64,000 nucleotides of DNA from a virus, in IMG/VR virus record IMGVR_UViG_3300048573_000442. One strand, 5' to 3'. The notes beneath the pieces are model-generated. The model was not told the origin of the DNA. It made no database searches and saw only the letters and a program-made list of their open reading frames with translations. This document shows, one piece after another, positions 1 to 8,874 of this stretch. Position 1 is the stretch's first letter, and the number at the start of each line of letters is the position of its first letter. Made by a program: the position numbers and the translations under genes.

Positions 1-732
1 TGTAAAGTGCAAACCTTCTATGATTTTGTCATATGGGACCAAAGGACTAGTGTTCGACGAATCAAATACTAGTCCTTTAACTTCATCAAAAATGAGATGT
101 TTTATGCACCGTACAGCATCAAAGACGTGTACATATTGCTGCACATTGGTATTGCATTTGGTCAAATCAACTGTTTCGCCATTAATGATAGCGTTTTTGA
201 TTTGCCAGGTTATCGATGTTGGACGATTAAGCCTGAGTTCTCCAGGCCCAAACACATGAACCATCCTAAGAATTTTGGCATCTATATGATGTTCGTCTAC
301 ATAGAACTTGACTAGCTGCTCGCTTTGGTTTAAGTCTAGCTGCGCATGTGGATATAATGAAGCAGATGGCAAAACTACCAAGATAGGGGTTTTAGAGATA
401 CGCGAATATTCCAAAATAGAAATCAGCGTCCTATAATTGGCAGCTATTTCTGAAGCGTCAAAAACTGGCGAATCTATATGACCGTGTGCTAAATGTACTA
501 CATGATCAAATTGAGTTGCGAGCCCTAAAACATCTGCCAAATTTGGAAGATTAAAATACATCTGTTGCTGAAGAAAGAAAAGCTCACATTCCTGTGGATA
601 AAAAACCTGAGCCATACACGCTGGCTTAGAATTCCTATCTACCACAGTAACATGAGCTTTGTCTTCTAACAAACTAGAAACTAGTTGTTGGCCAATATAT
701 CCTTGGCCACCCGTGATCAGGATTGATTTCAT
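1..732 (-). CDS. NAD-dependent epimerase/dehydratase (extended SDR family), 3'-truncated by window edge
   Basis: Translated by hand (absent from ORF track): MKSILITGGQGYIGQQLVSSLL... with Rossmann TGGxGxIG, then VVHLAH, LRMVHVFGPGE and YVHVFDAV. GAGGA RBS precedes the ATG at 732; the frame is open to base 1. Confidence 0.85.
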   Translation of the reverse strand, partial: MKSILITGGQGYIGQQLVSSLLEDKAHVTVVDRNSKPACMAQVFYPQECELFFLQQQMYFNLPNLADVLGLATQFDHVVHLAHGHIDSPVFDASEIAANYRTLISILEYSRISKTPILVVLPSASLYPHAQLDLNQSEQLVKFYVDEHHIDAKILRMVHVFGPGELRLNRPTSITWQIKNAIINGETVDLTKCNTNVQQYVHVFDAVRCIKHLIFDEVKGLVFDSSNTSPLVPYDKIIEGLHFT

Positions 733-763
733 TCGTCCTCATAAGTGGTTGTTTATTAACACT

Positions 764-771
764 TATTTATT
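764..771 (-). promoter_or_regulatory. T4-type late promoter (AATAAATA)
   Basis: Matches the recurrent NATAAATA motif, about 30 nt upstream of the epimerase ATG. Confidence 0.55.
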
Positions 772-801
772 AAGTCGGATATGTCCATGCGTCTGGCATT
801 T

Positions 802-1145
802 TTACATTTCACGGTCCGCACTGTATACGGTTCCTGAACAGATCTGATAAATTGCGTTTAATGCGAACGATGCGTTTGTTAGATCTTGTCTTATTTCAAA
901 AATTATGTCGTGGACATTGTTCGAATCGAAATCTTCAACAAAAGCTTCTGCGGCATCTCGGTCAAACACGGCTATAAACTTTTTAAATCGATAGAGTCAG
1001 TAAACTTTTGGATTTTGTCAAGTTCCCCGTCAATATCTGTAAATTTTTCTTGCATCCTAGCTTGAAAATTTGCATTATTTCTTAAATCAGCATTTTCAGA
1101 TATTGTTGCTAATCCAGCAAGTTTGCGCAATTTGTTTTGGTCCCT
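802..1145 (-). pseudogene. Disrupted ORF, paralog-like to the 8875..9432 LRKLAG protein (or sequencing-error artefact)
   Basis: After the SD AAGGA it reads (AGG)-DQNKLRKLAGLATISE...DSIDLK. Adding one base to the T5 run at 980-984 continues it as FIAVFDRDAAEAF...SADREM* (115 codons). AGG occupies the expected ATG position. Confidence 0.6.
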
Positions 1146-1196
1146 TTCGTTTCCTTAAATAGTTTGGCTAATGTAGCCATTTATGTTTAAGACGCT

Positions 1197-1420
1197 TTAT
1201 CTTTTCAATCTATGCAATGGAACAATAAAAACGACCCGTCGCCGCGATCAACTTCCAAACAATCGGCCCCATCTACTGAATACTGTTGCCACTTATTTAA
1301 TTTCGGAAGTATCGTACCCTTCGCAATTAACATTTTTATGGTTCCTCTATGCCTAATAACTGCATCATCTGTAAACTCGATACGCTCACCAACTTTGAAT
1401 TCTTAAAGTGAATATCCCAT
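1197..1420 (-). pseudogene. Disrupted small SH3/KOW-like ORF (or sequencing-error artefact)
   Basis: Reads MGYSL*EFKVGERIEF... with an in-frame TAA at 1403-1405. Adding one base to the A5 run at 1227-1231 gives ...GSFFIVPLHRLKR* (75 codons). Confidence 0.45.
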
Positions 1421-1888
1421 TTTCAATTCATCTTTTAGAACGCCTTCAATTTTGACATGTTTTGATGCGTCAAAAACTGCCAAAGACAATGATGACCCCG
1501 AATTAAAATCATTAGGGTCGTAATCTTCTATATAAGAGCCATCAAATCCGGCTTCGACCATCAGGGATAAAAAAGATCTTACTTCGCCCTCATCAAATTC
1601 TCCAACATTTTCGTCGAACATTGAATACAAAAAGTCCTCATCCGGCCAGATGCGTTTTGCAATATTTTCCGCCTGTTTTATAGATGCAATTTTCCCCCCA
1701 GTGAACCGACAGATATACGTTATCTGTTTATCGTTATTTTCTTTGCCAGATTTGTGCCAACCTAAAGCATCTGCCTTATTTAGAGAAAACCATGCAATAC
1801 CAGCCTTAAAAATACTAAATTTTTCTGTTGATGAATGATAAATTTTCTTTGTAAATGCCTCTGTGAATATTAATTCTTTTAATAGCAT
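1403..1888 (-). CDS. ADP-ribosyltransferase-like domain protein (ART-PolyVal-like)
   Basis: IYHSSTEKFSIF, GIAWFS..A and AGFDGSYIED...LAVFD resemble the YHGS/G.YFT/GYDG...VF pattern of phage ART-fold proteins. N-terminal leader MLLKELIFTE. The exact 3' end is uncertain. Confidence 0.6.
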   Translation of the reverse strand: MLLKELIFTEAFTKKIYHSSTEKFSIFKAGIAWFSLNKADALGWHKSGKENNDKQITYICRFTGGKIASIKQAENIAKRIWPDEDFLYSMFDENVGEFDEGEVRSFLSLMVEAGFDGSYIEDYDPNDFNSGSSLSLAVFDASKHVKIEGVLKDELKMGYSL

Positions 1889-1926
1889 GGTGCCCTCGAC
1901 GTCAGATGTGGAAATTTTTAACCCAT

Positions 1927-1948
1927 GTCTATTTACTCTCGAATAGAC
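1927..1948 (-). promoter_or_regulatory. Late-promoter variant (GTAAATA) overlapping a 7-bp inverted repeat
   Basis: GTCTATT (1927-1933) and AATAGAC (1942-1948) are complementary; the motif lies upstream of the ART-like gene. Confidence 0.4.
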
Positions 1949-2220
1949 TAATTTAAATATTCTGACAACACGTCAATTTTGAATTCTAGTTGAACTTTTT
2001 GAACTCGAAGACTCTTAACAGCCTCGACACAAATATCATTACTATGCGTTCGGGCAGCATTCGCAAATACATTTGACTGTGTCGCATGCGCGATAGCTGC
2101 AGAAATCAATCGATGCTCCGCAATCAATTTGTCTTTATAGTCGTGAGAAAATATTTCCATATGTTTTGGTATTTTTATAGGTTTGTGTTTATTAAAGAAG
2201 CTTTTAAAAAATTTCAGCAT
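1948..2220 (-). CDS. Hypothetical protein (~90 aa)
   Basis: ORF track 1948..2367. The likely start is ATG 2220 (or 2241), which overlaps the end of the upstream gene instead of running deep into it. Confidence 0.6.
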   Translation of the reverse strand: MLKFFKSFFNKHKPIKIPKHMEIFSHDYKDKLIAEHRLISAAIAHATQSNVFANAARTHSNDICVEAVKSLRVQKVQLEFKIDVLSEYLN

Positions 2221-2863
2221 AGTGTCCCAGAAGTCGAGCATCGTATTGGTACTTTCGCTTATTCGGCACTTTTTGTGATTGGATAATTTCTGGCAAAATT
2301 TTATCCTTCTGCTTAATAAATCCATCAATAAACCATTGTGGAATCTCTCGCTGCTTCCATCTTGCAAAGCGCCACTTTTCAGAAACGTAATAATCTCGAT
2401 ACGATTGCATTACGTCACTAGGGATATATTTATCAGGCATTGCTGGAGTCGGCGGCGTGAACACTCCGGCCTTAATATTTTTTGGCGAATTTTTCAAAAA
2501 CGGAATAAGCTGTTCACATGCGTGAATTTTTCCATAACGACGCGTATACTCTTTCGCCATTTCCACAAATAACTGAAAATGCCAGTCATAGTTCTCCTTG
2601 CACTTCATTGTCCACACAGTAGATGGATGCGAAGGATGCGCAACCTGATAACAAACTGGCTGCAAAATGGTATTGCTAGCAGAATCATACTCTTCGCCAG
2701 GCAAAACAAATTTTGGCTTTTTGTTACCTGTTTTTACCCCATCCAAAATACGGTGGGCGGTCGACAGCATTTGTGCCGACTCGGTGACCATTTTGACGAC
2801 ATGCCGGTCTATGAGCGAAACCGCAATATCCGCTGGAGTTTCATCGATGTAAAAAATATTCAT
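2204..2863 (-). CDS. Pyrimidine-dimer DNA glycosylase / endonuclease V family protein
   Basis: MNIFYID...DRHVVKMVTESAQMLSTAH, HPSHPSTVW, NYDW and PTPAMPDKY..YRDYY are typical of the DenV-related family. Confidence 0.85.
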   Translation of the reverse strand: MNIFYIDETPADIAVSLIDRHVVKMVTESAQMLSTAHRILDGVKTGNKKPKFVLPGEEYDSASNTILQPVCYQVAHPSHPSTVWTMKCKENYDWHFQLFVEMAKEYTRRYGKIHACEQLIPFLKNSPKNIKAGVFTPPTPAMPDKYIPSDVMQSYRDYYVSEKWRFARWKQREIPQWFIDGFIKQKDKILPEIIQSQKVPNKRKYQYDARLLGHYAEIF

Positions 2864-3264
2864 GCTGCGAGAGCTTCCAGTTTTTCAAAGTCTTTATCAA
2901 TGCTTCCGCGGCCTTTCTTACGATCTGTGGCTTTATACTTGATCAGCTTTTCGAGCTGCTCAAGTGCTTCGTACTTGGTAGGGAAGTTCCACTCTTTTTC
3001 TTCTTTCCAATCTTTTGCAAGGGAAATAACCCGCCAGCCTTCAGTTGCGTGCTCTTCTACTTTGTAGAATTTTTTGACTGCTTCCCACCAGTCTGAACCA
3101 GCGAACTTAGAATCCAGCGAATCTTGTGTACGCTTGAACTGCTCGTCCATGAGAGCATTTGCGATGCTCAATACTTTTGCCAGAAGCTCAGCGCTGGCAT
3201 TCGACCGCTTCAGCGAGTTAAAACGTTCAAAAGCTTCAGCTGCGGTTTCTTTTTTAAGCTTCAT
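2860..3264 (-). CDS. Hypothetical protein
   Basis: 134-aa ORF with GGAG RBS and an upstream GGTACAAT -10 box (3294-3301). Confidence 0.75.
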   Translation of the reverse strand: MKLKKETAAEAFERFNSLKRSNASAELLAKVLSIANALMDEQFKRTQDSLDSKFAGSDWWEAVKKFYKVEEHATEGWRVISLAKDWKEEKEWNFPTKYEALEQLEKLIKYKATDRKKGRGSIDKDFEKLEALAA

Positions 3265-3293
3265 ATTAAGCTCCGTTAAGTTGGTATGAAGTT

Positions 3294-3301
3294 ATTGTAC
3301 C
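3294..3301 (-). promoter_or_regulatory. Sigma70-like -10 element (GGTACAAT)
   Basis: Same GTACAAT core as at 4852, 58609 and 62507. Confidence 0.5.
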
Positions 3302-3339
3302 GCAAAAGAGGCACATTTTTCGCTAGTGCGTAAAACTTT

Positions 3340-4845
3340 TTATGAAACCTGACAAACAAAATTGATAGTCCCAGCATCAAAAATCTGGTAGAACCCCAAC
3401 TCCTTGTTCCATTGTTCTTCTGTCATTACTGTGCCGGCAGGTTTTCTTCTGCTAAGCCTATGAACTCTAGAAGTCAAATCTGTGTACGAATAGCCAACAG
3501 AGCTCTCGGCGTACACAGCGAACCCATTTGCCAAGTAAACATTTTTAAAAGGATTCGCCCATCGCAAATCTGCCCAAGAGTAAACCTTCTGAATGTTCAT
3601 GACTTTGCACACATGTTTTAACAGCTTAGAGAATGCGCCAGGAATTCTACCACTTGACGCAAACCGTACCAACTCAACAGCACCATCTTCTTTCTTCTGG
3701 TTCATAGCTGCACGCTTCTGTTGAAATGTCATTACTGCGACAACATTGCCATCCTTCTTAAGGGCAAAATTAAACTTCGTTCCAGCTCCACTACCCTGTA
3801 AATGATTATCATTTAAAAATGCTGAAGCTTCTTTAAACGGAATCGATTCAATAATACACTGCCTAGCATACGCTAATGTTATCCCCGAACCTAATAGAGA
3901 CAGCAGCCGCGATTTAACAATGTCCTGCTTTTGTAGCCACTCATCTTCGAAAATTTGAATCAAATGAATTCCTCTATCCCGACACAATTCGTATTTCAAT
4001 CGATGCTTGCCTTTAGGGTAATCCATTGCACCAGAATGCCAATATAGCCCGTGGTATTCGATTGCAATCTTCCTAACACCGTCATAGAAATCAAGCTCTA
4101 ACCCGCCAGGTAAAATTCCTTTGCAATGTCTTTGGAAATGTATTCCATTAGCTATAAGAAATTCATTAATGTGTTCTTCTGCTTCTGAAGTACCATTTAG
4201 CGGAGGATGACACGTATGACAGATGGTAGGTCCCCAAGAATGCTTTTTAAATGTTTGCAAATGCCTTGTAACAACTCCGTTACACTTGCAACAAGTCGCA
4301 CTGACTTTAATCTTCTGTTCATCAATAAAAACATTACAGTCTTTCGCCCAAGAACTTATTAGTCGCGGAACCTCTTCAGTAATTTTGTCCCAATTTTCAC
4401 TTTTCCTTTCAGCGCCTAATTCTGTTAGATGCTCAAGCTGATTCGAATAACGTGCTGAATCTTTATAAGGCGGACGTTCATTCTCTGCGTAGTACGCCTG
4501 TAAAGCGGCAGAAAGATTTCTTTTATTCTGCTCTGTGACATTACGTTTGCGACCAATATTTGATTGTCCTGCAACAAGCGCGTTCTTCGAACTTGCTCTC
4601 CTCTGTGCATCAGTTCTAACTGGCGGTTCGTTCTTTAATTTTTCACTAATTTTTGCTTTCGTCTCATCTGACATGGGAGAACGGGATTTAACAGCTTGAC
4701 CAAGTTTCAGTTTCGTCTCAGCAGATGCGCCTAAAGGACCATCAGGATAAAGCTCAAGATACTGATCCTTCGTTAAAGAATGCTTCTTTAAGTGCTGAGA
4801 ATCAATTTTCTTGAATTGTTGTTTACAGATTGGGCATGTTAGCAT
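3340..4845 (-). mobile_element. Free-standing homing endonuclease, Hef-like (Zn-finger + NUMOD3-like + Vsr/PD-(D/E)XK nuclease + C-terminal GNAT-like domain)
   Basis: N-terminal CPICKQ..HLKKH, NUMOD3-like MSDETKAKIS, nuclease LELDFY..KIAIEYHGLYWHS, and C-terminal FLNDNHLQG..VAVMTF..ELVRFAS..GAFSKLLK..SWADLRW. Confidence 0.8.
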
Positions 4846-4851
4846 GATGCG

Positions 4852-4860
4852 ATTGTACCA
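4852..4860 (-). promoter_or_regulatory. Extended -10 promoter (TGGTACAAT), probably giving a leaderless mRNA
   Basis: TGn-TACAAT followed by exactly 6 nt and then the ATG at 4845; no SD sequence. Confidence 0.6.
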
Positions 4861-4862
4861 TG

Positions 4863-4888
4863 AAAAATGGTGTCCCGAAGAACACCAT
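4863..4888 (-). terminator. Rho-independent terminator with C(UUCG)G tetraloop
   Basis: Minus strand ATGGTGTTC-TTCG-GGACACCAT-TTTT. Confidence 0.8.
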
Positions 4889-4922
4889 ACAAAATTAACT
4901 TCTTATTAGCCGTGAGAACTTT

Positions 4923-5243
4923 TTAATCTACAAACAACATAATTTCATCCAAAGGCAGGCGCAGTATCGAAGCTACTTCTTCTGGAGACGTGCCGTTTTT
5001 AAGAAGCTCAAATAATTCTTGAGCTTCGGAATCAGTAATTTTAGAAGTTTTTGGCATTTTTTTAAATTGATCTATCTGGCCGAAATCTACATTGGTAGTA
5101 CCGCCATCTTGGAATTTAACAGCATAATACTCCCACGCCTTATTCACTGAGGCCACGGTTCCAATTTTCCCCTTTGCCAAAAGGATTACCTTATCACCCT
5201 TTTTAAAAGGGGTTGCAGCATTAAGCGTTTCTAGTAAGTTCAT
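4923..5243 (-). CDS. Hypothetical protein (SH3/KOW-like N-terminus, possible C-terminal HTH)
   Basis: FKKGDKVILL..GTV....V.FQDG..V pattern, C-terminal GTSPEEVASILRLP; late promoter upstream. Confidence 0.7.
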   Translation of the reverse strand: MNLLETLNAATPFKKGDKVILLAKGKIGTVASVNKAWEYYAVKFQDGGTTNVDFGQIDQFKKMPKTSKITDSEAQELFELLKNGTSPEEVASILRLPLDEIMLFVD

Positions 5244-5273
5244 AATTGATCCTTCATATGGATTATAAAGCCG

Positions 5274-5281
5274 TATTTATA
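5274..5281 (-). promoter_or_regulatory. T4-type late promoter (TATAAATA)
   Basis: Exact T4 late consensus, intergenic, enclosed by an inverted repeat (5261-5296). Confidence 0.75.
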
Positions 5282-5301
5282 TAGGAGCTTTTAATCAAGT
5301 G

Positions 5302-5937
5302 TCATAATGTTTTATGACCTTTAAGGATGTTTTCTTCCCATTTCAGCATTTGTAAGTTCGAAATATCTGAAGCTTGTTCTACCGACCATCCACGTTTAAA
5401 ACATTCCATGATAGACACTTTATGATCGAGATGGTATGCGCCTACTTCACCAGCCAAACCCCTTTGATGCCCATCAGGATTTAGAATTTCTATTTTGTCC
5501 TGGTAAATTTTGTTAGATTGGGATCTAACTTTTTGCTTATAGCTATAATAGGCAGCTTCGTCATAATCTATGCCATGCTTATCTTCATATGCTTTCAATG
5601 CGGTAGCCATACGATTTTTAGGCCCACAAGTTCCACAAGGAAGTTGTTCATAGCCAGATTGCTCATTTTTCTTAATACCAGTCAATAGGTTGCCAAAGAC
5701 TGTGGGCCATTCTTTTCCGCAACATGGCGCAATCAACCGATAAACGCGCTTATTATGCTTATTGACTTCTGGTTCGCCGACTACTTTATAGCCATAGTCT
5801 TCAATGATTCCCTTTTCAACAGTGACGCGATCGTCCTTCTTGTTTTTAGCGCAACACGAAATGCATGTATCAGATCGACTAGCTGTTAATAACACTTCTC
5901 CACAAGCAACGCATTCTCTTTCTTTCCACTTTGCCAC
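5302..5937 (-). mobile_element. Free-standing HNH homing endonuclease with Zn-ribbon motifs
   Basis: CxxC/CC/CGxC motifs and C-terminal YHLDHKVS...SNLQML..EENILKG; GTG start after AAGGAG; directly downstream of the capsid gene. Confidence 0.8.
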
Positions 5938-6014
5938 AAAAATCTCCTTGTCAGTTAATTGAGATTTAATTGTAACTCTTAGGCTGATTGCTCAAAATCT
6001 TTTTTCGAGAAAAT

Positions 6015-6039
6015 AAAAAAGGGGCCGAAGCCCCTTTTT
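6015..6039 (-). terminator. Rho-independent terminator after the major capsid gene (probably bidirectional)
   Basis: AAAAAAGGGGC-CGAA-GCCCCTTTTT; on the minus strand it is a C(UUCG)G hairpin followed by a U-tract. Confidence 0.9.
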
Positions 6040-6058
6040 ATTTGGAAATCTGATTCGA

Positions 6059-7303
6059 TTAAACGAAAGACAGATTGGCTACGGAGATGCGCCCGTAATA
6101 GTCCGCAGAGTTCCCTAGTGAAGTTGCAGTAGATGTGAAAGTCGCTTTTCCGTAGCGGGTCATCAATGACACGTGAGGATTGAAGGTATCAGCGTTCACA
6201 ACCACACCAGATGAAACCAGAGGAACATATGGGCAATAGAAGTAACCGCTATCCATTTCACCGGTGCCACCTTTGTAACCCATCAGGATTGGCTCAGTGC
6301 CTTGATCGTGATAGATGTAGGTATACACTTTGATTGAACCGTTTAGGGTACCAACCAACTTGGTGTTATTAGGACCTTCGAAAGAACCAGAAACAGCAGG
6401 TGCGAATACTGATTTAGCAGCACTTTGCAGTACTGATACGACCAGAGGAGACACAACGATAAAGTTTGCTGGGCCCTTACGGGTTTTACGAGCGATTTCG
6501 TTAGCTACCTTGTTGATTAGCACGCCGAGAACAGCATGACGATCGCCAACATAGTTAGGCACGCCAGTCATAGGACCAGCCATATCGAATGATTCGGTAG
6601 TACCGGCCAAAGCGATCAGGTCGTTAATGATTTCGTTGTCGATTTCAGAAACGATGGCGGCTGACAGAGAAGCGGTGATTTCTGATTCCAGATCCAAACC
6701 GTGTGAAGCCTTCAAATCTTGCATAGCTTCTGGGGTCCAGCGAGCTTGCAGTTTACGTGAACCGGCAGTCACAGTCTGCTTCAACACTTCAAGAGTCATA
6801 CCGCGACCGCCGAATGCTTCCAGGTTGCCGGTCAAGCCGCTTGAACCGTTAGAAGTACCAACGCCAGATGGGAATGCACCTGAAGATACAGAAGCGTCTA
6901 CTGAAGAGTAGAAACGACGCAGTTTAGCGTCTACGTGGCCAAATACTTCGTCACCAGCGGTGATGTCGTCATTTGGGTTTGACAGGGTACCAGCAGCAGC
7001 TGTAGCGTTCACTGATTCAGAGAACAGGAAGCGCATTGAGTATACCAGGCCAACAGGACCGCTCATTGGCTGGGTGCCAACAATTTCGGTAGCCATGGTA
7101 CCAGGGATAATACGACGCAGCATAGGAATGACAATCTTCTGGAAGTTGCCGATGGTGCCAGCTGAATTAACGCCTGCGCCAGCAGTTTCGCGAAGATGCT
7201 GCATTTGGTTTTCTAACACGGGAGCCAGAATTGCCTTCTTGCGCTCGCTCAGACCATCTAAGAGGGTCTCTTTACTTTCTTGCCAATTTTCAAATAGTTC
7301 CAT
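6059..7303 (-). CDS. gp23: Major capsid protein (T4 gp23 family)
   Basis: LIPMLRR-like IVIPMLRRIIP, EIVGTQPMSGPVGLVY, RKLQARWTPEAMQDL, EIDNEII, GYFYCPYVPL, FNPHVSLMTRYG; candidate cleavage site LRE|TA. Confidence 0.97.
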   Translation of the reverse strand: MELFENWQESKETLLDGLSERKKAILAPVLENQMQHLRETAGAGVNSAGTIGNFQKIVIPMLRRIIPGTMATEIVGTQPMSGPVGLVYSMRFLFSESVNATAAAGTLSNPNDDITAGDEVFGHVDAKLRRFYSSVDASVSSGAFPSGVGTSNGSSGLTGNLEAFGGRGMTLEVLKQTVTAGSRKLQARWTPEAMQDLKASHGLDLESEITASLSAAIVSEIDNEIINDLIALAGTTESFDMAGPMTGVPNYVGDRHAVLGVLINKVANEIARKTRKGPANFIVVSPLVVSVLQSAAKSVFAPAVSGSFEGPNNTKLVGTLNGSIKVYTYIYHDQGTEPILMGYKGGTGEMDSGYFYCPYVPLVSSGVVVNADTFNPHVSLMTRYGKATFTSTATSLGNSADYYGRISVANLSFV

Positions 7304-7321
7304 TTGTTTCTCCTTGTGGAC

Positions 7322-8224
7322 TTAGCGGGACGGCATACCGGCAAGCTTACGCAGATGAGCTAATTGATCATCCTTGGCTGCTGGTGCTTGTTTTGCCTTA
7401 TAACCGGCATCATCGCCAGTGTATAGGACTGCTTTTGACTCTTTTAGGGGAGCCATAACAGATTTTCTTCCAGATGCGACATCAGAGGAATCTTCTTCCT
7501 TCAGAATGCGACCAATGAAGTTTGTGTATGCTTCTTCGAGGCGTTCGGTATCAACGTTCTGAAGCACGAATGCCATCTGTTCACGTTTGCGACCGTTCAA
7601 AGGAGCAAGAATTTTTTCCATTTTTGCTTCACGTACGACTGCAGCTTTGGACTCTTCCAATGCGCCGATGGTCTTTTCAGCATCTTTGAGTTTTGCAATA
7701 GCAGCGCTCAGTTTAGCCTGTGCTGAATTTTCGTCGTGATGTGACTTACCGAATTCATTAGCAAATGCTTCGAAAATCTTGCGACCGAATTCATTCTGCT
7801 TAACAACTTCCATGTCTTCACGAAGTTCTTGGAATTCTTCTGCTAGACGCATTTCAAAGAATGCATCCATTTTGTCAATCAACTCGTCGAGTTCAGAAGA
7901 CAATTGTTCGGCCATAACATGCTTTTCTTCAACCACTTTTTTGGCAAATTCTGCCTCAAGGTCGCGAAAGCGTTCAATGTCGCCTTTTAGTTCTTCAACT
8001 TCTTCAATTAATTTTGAAGTAACAAATGAATCGATCTGTTCGGCTAGAGCAGCTTTTTCACTTGTCCACATCTCGGCTAATTCGGTTCTGACTTCACCAG
8101 AAACTTCTTCTTTGATCGTCTGCTTGTATTGGTTAACAGCGTCTGACCACTTTGAAGAAATTTCAGTCTTAGCATCTTCGCTAAGCAGTTCAGAACTTAG
8201 CAATTTCTGAAGGATTTCATCCAT
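7322..8224 (-). CDS. gp22: Prohead core scaffold protein (T4 gp22-like)
   Basis: Acidic coiled-coil between protease/core genes and gp23. GGAG RBS supports ATG 8224 (MDEILQKLL) over the TTG at 8281. Confidence 0.85.
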   Translation of the reverse strand: MDEILQKLLSSELLSEDAKTEISSKWSDAVNQYKQTIKEEVSGEVRTELAEMWTSEKAALAEQIDSFVTSKLIEEVEELKGDIERFRDLEAEFAKKVVEEKHVMAEQLSSELDELIDKMDAFFEMRLAEEFQELREDMEVVKQNEFGRKIFEAFANEFGKSHHDENSAQAKLSAAIAKLKDAEKTIGALEESKAAVVREAKMEKILAPLNGRKREQMAFVLQNVDTERLEEAYTNFIGRILKEEDSSDVASGRKSVMAPLKESKAVLYTGDDAGYKAKQAPAAKDDQLAHLRKLAGMPSR

Positions 8225-8303
8225 GCGGTTCTCCTTTTTCTTTAAAATTTTTGACTTCTTACTGATGAATTTTCTTTTCAAGATATCAGTATCTCTCGAA
8301 AAG

Positions 8304-8311
8304 TATTTATA
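8304..8311 (-). promoter_or_regulatory. T4-type late promoter (TATAAATA) for scaffold/capsid
   Basis: Exact consensus, intergenic. Confidence 0.8.
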
Positions 8312-8353
8312 AAGACTGTCGCAAATTTTAAAAAATTATGACAGTCTTATGAA

Positions 8354-8776
8354 TTAACGGTAATCTTCGTCGTCTTCTTGATCGTCACCATCATGAGAAG
8401 GCGCTAATTGGGCTGCCAAGCTTTCTTGCCATTCAGAATTGCGCTGGGTTTGAATCCACTCAACCATTGCTTGAATAGCACCAGAATTATCGGCTAGAAA
8501 TTCTCGAATATCACGATAGTTGGAATCAAGGGTGCTGACAAGTTTTTCAAAATTACGAACGCCACGTTCGCCCTCAAGACTATACACTTCTTCTTGGTCC
8601 ATGAACTCATCAACCAACTCGCCCATATCTTTATCATCATGGCCGCCAAAGTTCTCTTTAATACCAGCAACTTGTTGCATTTTAGCAGTCAGGTAATCAT
8701 GAAGAGCCGTTGAGGCCTGCTCCTGTTTGTCATTGATTAAGCTATCGATGACTTTTGAAAGTTGTTCTTTACTCAT
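8354..8776 (-). CDS. Prohead core protein (gp67/gp68-like position)
   Basis: MSKEQLSKVIDSLIN...LHDYL N-terminus, acidic composition, synteny between gp21 and gp22, strong AAGGAG RBS. Confidence 0.6.
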   Translation of the reverse strand: MSKEQLSKVIDSLINDKQEQASTALHDYLTAKMQQVAGIKENFGGHDDKDMGELVDEFMDQEEVYSLEGERGVRNFEKLVSTLDSNYRDIREFLADNSGAIQAMVEWIQTQRNSEWQESLAAQLAPSHDGDDQEDDEDYR

Positions 8777-8827
8777 ATAGTTTCTCCTTAGGGGTAAGAT
8801 TAAGATGCTTTTTGCATCAGCTCGCAG

Positions 8828-8835
8828 TATTTATG
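8828..8835 (-). promoter_or_regulatory. T4-type late promoter (CATAAATA)
   Basis: Recurrent motif, intergenic, upstream of 8776. Confidence 0.7.
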
Positions 8836-8874
8836 TCTACTGTCAATCTGTGCACGGCTGGTATTGATAAAACA

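Noticed and set aside
772-800. Micro-ORF MPDAWTYPT upstream of the epimerase promoter
   Set aside because: Too short, with no supporting SD or conservation evidence visible.
2221-2367. N-terminal extension of the 1948..2367 ORF
   Set aside because: It overlaps the DenV-like gene by more than 160 nt; a start at 2220 or 2241 is more parsimonious.
4863-4922. tRNA, riboswitch or group I intron fragment
   Set aside because: No cloverleaf or recognisable conserved core; a UUCG terminator plus promoter explains the segment.
8225-8281. Basic N-terminal extension of the scaffold (MKRKFISKK...)
   Set aside because: It depends on a TTG start without an SD; GGAG supports ATG 8224, and the region is the late 5' UTR.
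8313-8348. AGACTGTC/GACAGTCT inverted repeat near the scaffold promoter counted as a promoter-in-loop case
   Set aside because: Both arms lie upstream of the TATAAATA, so it does not fit the nested architecture; it may be a simple hairpin after 8354..8776.
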